This document shows positions 59,728 through 64,000 of a stretch of 64,000 nucleotides of DNA, one piece after another. The notes beneath the pieces were generated by a model, which had not been told where the DNA came from, ran no database searches, and worked only from the letters and a program-made list of their open reading frames with translations. The translations under genes were made by a program, and so were the position numbers. Source of the DNA: a virus; IMG/VR virus record IMGVR_UViG_3300036715_001290, positions 32,001-96,000 of that record; one strand, 5' to 3'. The first letter of the stretch is position 1; every line of letters starts with the position of its first letter.

Positions 59728-61470
59728 ATGAAATTTGAACACAAAGAACCTGTACGTTTGAATGTATTAATACCTTGTGCAGGTATAGGTAGTAGATTAT
59801 TAGATGAATCAAAAGCTATTAATAAAACATTAGTAACCGTTGGTTGTAAACCTGTATTATCACATATCATAGATACGTTAGAGTATACTCATACAAAAAT
59901 TACATATATTTTTGTGTTAGGATATAAAGGTGATTTAGTAAAACAATTTGTAGAAACTGTTTATCCAAATATTAATGCAAAGTTTGTATGGGTAAATAAA
60001 TATGAAGGAGAAGGTTCTGGATTAGGTGCATCAATTTTGGCAGCTAAATCAATATTACAAATACCATTAAATAATAGTAAAGGTGATGCAATATCACAAC
60101 CATTTTTATTTATTCCTAATGATGGTATATTTGATGAAAATGTTTTATCTTCAATAGTATCAAATGATCATTCATTTAGTTCACATGCGGTACTTGCATC
60201 ATATAATGTAATATTTACAGCGGCTGAACCTATCAATAATAAAAATAACCAATATAGAACAATTACCGATAAGCGTGGTTATGTTACAAATGTTGGACCA
60301 AAATCTGATACATTAGGAAAACCATATACCGGTATTTGTTATATTAAGGATGCATCTGTGTTTTGGTCATATATGGACAAATCAAAACAATGTATTGAAA
60401 CTGGTGAAGTTTATGCTATTAAAAAAATGATTAATGATTCAAACATAAAATTCTGTAAAAAGGAAATTGAATGGTATGACACTGGTAATCCTGAATCTTT
60501 ATTAAATGCAAGAGAGAAATTTGCAATTAAAGATGCAAATATATTACCTAAAGATGGTGAAGCAATTTGGTTTCCAGATCCTACACCGCTTGGTAAAGAA
60601 GAAGTTGTAAAATTTCATTTAGATACTGATTTTATTTCAAATAGAGTTAAGAGATCTAAATTGTTTGAAGATACTAATATGATACCAAAAATTAAAAGAT
60701 CTTCTGCTAATTTTTATGTATATGATAAAATAAAAGGTAAAGTATTTTCAGAAAAATTAAACTTATCAAATTTCAAAAAGTTAATATATAATTTAGATTC
60801 TTTTTGGAAAAATCCTTATGGGTTTACAATAAAATCTAAATGTAATGAAGCATTAAAAGATTTTTATAAAAATAAAACATATGATAGAGTTGACCAATTT
60901 TTCAATAGACATGAAATATTTGATGGTATTGATATTATTAATGGTGAAACTGTAGGTCCTATAAAAGAATTATTGGACAATGTTGATTGGAAATCATTTT
61001 ATGATAATAAAGTAATTGGAAATTTCCACGGAGATTTACATTTTGAAAATATTATTATGACTGAAGATAATGGATTTTATCTAATTGATATGAGACAAAA
61101 ATTCTCAGATATAACTGCTAATATCGATGTTACATCGGCAATGCTAGGTGATATCACATATGACTTAGCTAAGTTAAAACATGGTATGATTATAGGTCAT
61201 CATATGGTTGTTACTAATGGATTTGAAATAACAATTAATAAAAATACAGTCGACTTTTTTTACAAAAGAGACAGTCGATTAGTTGAAATTGAAAATGCAT
61301 TTGATAATTATATATTAAACAACTACGGTAAACAAATGTTAATTAATGTAAATATATTAACTGCATTAATATATCTTAACATTGCAACATTACACCACAA
61401 TCCTTATAGTTTATTCTTATTTTATTTAGGCAAATATATGCTGCATCAGTTGATGAATAATGCTTCTTGA
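59728..61470 (+). CDS. Fusion of an NTP-sugar transferase and an APH/choline-kinase-like phosphotransferase
   Basis: IPCAGIGSRL...K.L and WYDTG (nucleotidyltransferase); HGDLHFENI and LID (kinase). Confidence 0.85.
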   Translation: MKFEHKEPVRLNVLIPCAGIGSRLLDESKAINKTLVTVGCKPVLSHIIDTLEYTHTKITYIFVLGYKGDLVKQFVETVYPNINAKFVWVNKYEGEGSGLGASILAAKSILQIPLNNSKGDAISQPFLFIPNDGIFDENVLSSIVSNDHSFSSHAVLASYNVIFTAAEPINNKNNQYRTITDKRGYVTNVGPKSDTLGKPYTGICYIKDASVFWSYMDKSKQCIETGEVYAIKKMINDSNIKFCKKEIEWYDTGNPESLLNAREKFAIKDANILPKDGEAIWFPDPTPLGKEEVVKFHLDTDFISNRVKRSKLFEDTNMIPKIKRSSANFYVYDKIKGKVFSEKLNLSNFKKLIYNLDSFWKNPYGFTIKSKCNEALKDFYKNKTYDRVDQFFNRHEIFDGIDIINGETVGPIKELLDNVDWKSFYDNKVIGNFHGDLHFENIIMTEDNGFYLIDMRQKFSDITANIDVTSAMLGDITYDLAKLKHGMIIGHHMVVTNGFEITINKNTVDFFYKRDSRLVEIENAFDNYILNNYGKQMLINVNILTALIYLNIATLHHNPYSLFLFYLGKYMLHQLMNNAS

Positions 61471-62326
61471 TTATTGGAATTTAGGTCAAGGTTTAACCAA
61501 ACCAATAAAATTAGAAGATTTTAAGATGACGTCTTCTATAAGAAAAAGATATGCAACTACATTTATAAATAAAGATTATTTTGAATTAATAACAAAAGAA
61601 AGTATTGAAAAAATGACAGAACAAAAAAACAATGATAATATGAATGCAACTTCGGTTAATGCTAGCAATGTTGTATATGTTGATAATAAAAATTATGATA
61701 TGAAAGATAATATAAAAATAGATATAAAGGAAGTTGATTATAGATCGCGAGCTACATTTGATTTTTTCAAATGTCGTAAAGTTAAATCTCCATCAATAGG
61801 TACCCGTGGTTCAGCAGGTATTGATTTTTATGTACCTGAATTTACAGAAGATTTCAAACAATATGTAAAAGAACATAATACCGATAGGAATTATATTTTT
61901 CATGAAAAAGGTGATGGTGGTAATATTGTATTTTTTGAAGAAGGTGTTAATATGGATTTTAATGCAGAAGATGCAATATGTCTAAAACCACATTCTTCAA
62001 TTGTTATACCAACAGGTATTCATGTATTATTTCCAGAATCATTAGTTTTGGTTGCATTTAATAAAAGTGGTATTTCAACTAAAAAGAAATTAGTTACTGG
62101 TGCTTGTGTTTGTGATTCTGATTATCGCGGTGAAATTCATTTCAATATGATTAATACATCTAATACTTATCAGTTAATTAGACCTAATGAAAAATTGTTA
62201 CAATTTGTTTTATTGCAATATTTTGTTCCGGATTTTGCGGAAGCCAATTCATATGATGAATTATATTGTAATTTGAAACAAACTAGATTTGGTGGATTTG
62301 GTTCAACCAATGAGGAATCAAAATAA
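61460..62326 (+). CDS. dut: Trimeric dUTPase with an N-terminal extension
   Basis: SAGIDF, IPTGI, KSG, DSDYRGEI, GGFGST. Confidence 0.9.
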   Translation: MLLDYWNLGQGLTKPIKLEDFKMTSSIRKRYATTFINKDYFELITKESIEKMTEQKNNDNMNATSVNASNVVYVDNKNYDMKDNIKIDIKEVDYRSRATFDFFKCRKVKSPSIGTRGSAGIDFYVPEFTEDFKQYVKEHNTDRNYIFHEKGDGGNIVFFEEGVNMDFNAEDAICLKPHSSIVIPTGIHVLFPESLVLVAFNKSGISTKKKLVTGACVCDSDYRGEIHFNMINTSNTYQLIRPNEKLLQFVLLQYFVPDFAEANSYDELYCNLKQTRFGGFGSTNEESK

Positions 62327-62427
62327 AGCACTGACACTGCTATCAATATCATAAAAGATATGATATTATCAAAAACGGTAATTTTTAGTAAAAATAAAAT
62401 TGAAAAAATAGAAAGATATTGTGAATT

Positions 62428-63027
62428 ATGATAATCATTGTAGAAGGTCAAGACAGAGTGGGTAAGACGACCCAAATAGAATTACTACGAAATAGTTATG
62501 TACATTCATCACCTGTTGTAAAATATTCAAAAATAAAACCAAAATATAAACATAATCCTGAACATATATTTGAAAAATCAAAATTATTATATGAAGAAAT
62601 GTTTAATATGATATTTGATTCTGCTGCTGATGAAAGAGATCTTATATTAGATAGAGCTCATCTTGGTGAGTATGTATATTCAAAAAGATATCGTTCATAT
62701 TCAGGTAAATATGTTTTTGATTTAGAAAAACAATTTGTTAATGATGTTGATTTATGGGTAGATAATATATATCTTATAATATTAATTAATTCGGATCTTG
62801 AAGAATTGTATAAAAGAGATGATTGTCTTTCTCATAGTAATGCAATTGAGGCTATGGCAACTGATAAGATTAGATTTATGAAAGCATATAAAAAATCAAC
62901 AATTCCAAATAAATGTATTATTGATTGTAACGGATTAACATCTGATGTTGTACATAAAAAAATATTAGAGTTCTTAAAGCTTAAACCTATAGTTGAAGAA
63001 AAAATGTCAGATTATGAATACGAATAA
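62428..63027 (+). CDS. Thymidylate-kinase-like dNMP kinase
   Basis: IIVEGQDRVGKTT, ILDRAHLGEYVY...YR. Confidence 0.85.
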   Translation: MIIIVEGQDRVGKTTQIELLRNSYVHSSPVVKYSKIKPKYKHNPEHIFEKSKLLYEEMFNMIFDSAADERDLILDRAHLGEYVYSKRYRSYSGKYVFDLEKQFVNDVDLWVDNIYLIILINSDLEELYKRDDCLSHSNAIEAMATDKIRFMKAYKKSTIPNKCIIDCNGLTSDVVHKKILEFLKLKPIVEEKMSDYEYE

Positions 63028-63568
63028 TATAAAAACATTAGTATTAGATGTTGATGGTGTATTTACTGATGGTACATTTACATATTCAGCTGAAGGTAAA
63101 ATACAAAAAGTATTTGGACCTGATGATACCGATGCAATGAAAATAGCATCTAAGTTTTTTACTATACATATATTTTCTGCGGATCATCGTGGGTTTGATA
63201 TTACTAAGAAACGTTTTGATGATGTTGGATTTGGTAATTGTTTATTCAATGTACAAGGTGGAGCTAATAGAGCTAGATATTTAATAAAACATTATGGTGA
63301 TTTATCATCCGTTGCTTATGTAGGTGATTCATTCTCAGATTTACCTGCATTATCAGTTGTTGGATATCCATTTATGATGGACTGTCTAAAAAATGATATT
63401 AAGAGTTCCCTACATGATATAAAAGAAAATATGTCTTGGTTTTATAATGCTCCCTCATTATTTCCAAAAACATTAATTGGTGGACAAAGAGCAGTCTCAA
63501 AGATTATCAATGAAATATTGGTACATCAGTATGATACGTCACTATACGACGAAATAATGAATAATTAG
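63014..63568 (+). CDS. KdsC-like HAD phosphatase
   Basis: LDVDGVFTDG, K.F...D, AYVGDSFSD, GG..AV. Confidence 0.85.
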   Translation: MNTNNIKTLVLDVDGVFTDGTFTYSAEGKIQKVFGPDDTDAMKIASKFFTIHIFSADHRGFDITKKRFDDVGFGNCLFNVQGGANRARYLIKHYGDLSSVAYVGDSFSDLPALSVVGYPFMMDCLKNDIKSSLHDIKENMSWFYNAPSLFPKTLIGGQRAVSKIINEILVHQYDTSLYDEIMNN

Positions 63569-63651
63569 AAGCCCGTGGAAGCGTTCTAATGACATCGAAT
63601 TAACGGACCGAACAAATATACGGTCCATTTATTACACAAAATATAACAAAA

Positions 63652-64000
63652 ATGAATATTGCAATAGGAAAAATAGGTAAAAGTATAATATTTGATTCCA
63701 CCAAGTGGGGTTTAATAGGTGGCGATGAAATGGCACCAATATTATATTCATTCTTAGCTGAGAAATATCCACAACATAAATTTTACATATTAGGTCAAAC
63801 TGATATAGATTATGTTAGACCAAAGGCAGCTTTAGGAAAACATCAAACATCAAGGGCTGGAAAAACATATACTTTTGAATATCCAAAATTACCTGATAAT
63901 TTAATTAGTGTAGAATCTATGATTGATAAAAGTGTATTACCAACTGCTAAAGAACGCGCCGCTGGAGATCCAACAAATGATCCTGCATTTCAACATAGAT
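63652..64000 (+). CDS. 3'-truncated ORF, possible GT-B glycosyltransferase (MNIAIGKIGKSIIFDSTKWGLIGGDEMAPILYSFLAEKYPQHKFYILG...)
   Basis: Open from ATG 63652 to the window end; beta-strand/GG/helix/beta-strand start typical of GT-B folds; context. Confidence 0.45.
   Translation, partial: MNIAIGKIGKSIIFDSTKWGLIGGDEMAPILYSFLAEKYPQHKFYILGQTDIDYVRPKAALGKHQTSRAGKTYTFEYPKLPDNLISVESMIDKSVLPTAKERAAGDPTNDPAFQHR

Noticed and set aside
1902-62475. Minus-strand ORFs in the track (e.g. 10303-10701, 29019-29399, 31333-31773, 43135-43584)
   Set aside because: They are antisense shadows of well-supported + strand genes, with no RBS or motifs.
1-64000. Stop-codon reassignment
   Set aside because: Core genes are full length in the standard code; TAA, TGA and occasionally TAG all end genes at sensible places.
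1-64000. Avoidance of GATC, CCGG, GGCC or GCNGC
   Set aside because: All occur repeatedly; only CCNGG shows a strict context rule by eye.

Overview
This is 64 kb of an AT-rich, large T4-like (Far-T4 / bS21-encoding type) myovirus genome, with essentially all real genes on the + strand. Gene order: head module (TerL, portal, prohead protease, ribosomal protein bS21, acidic scaffold, gp23-like major capsid); an RcGTA-like head-spike base and three fibre/adhesin genes; neck, contractile tail, tape measure and baseplate; replication (PolA-like, SSB, UvsX/RecA, 5'-3' exonuclease, DnaB-like helicase, class II RNR, DinG-like helicase, PolB, clamp and clamp loader); then the start of a sugar-nucleotide/nucleotide-modification cluster. 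I found no tRNA, CRISPR array or mobile element. Main unexplained signals: (1) About ten unrelated proteins, including a (p)ppGpp-hydrolase-like HD protein and an ADP-ribose-type Nudix hydrolase, share an N-terminal MK(L/I/M)..(L/I)(L/I)xE peptide that resembles a T4 capsid-targeting sequence cleaved by the prohead protease. This suggests a packaged, injected set of effectors. (2) All 28 Pro-Gly dicodons I found, which necessarily create CCNGG, are written with rare synonymous codons so that they read CCCNGG or CCNGGG; there is also an apparent CCG/CGG excess at wobble positions. This points to a context-specific DNA modification or restriction-evasion system. (3) A GC-rich array of five RNA hairpins lies between the tail tube and chaperone genes. 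(4) A probable +1/-2 frameshift joins the gp26-like and gp51-like ORFs. All functional calls come from motif recognition by eye; no searches were run.
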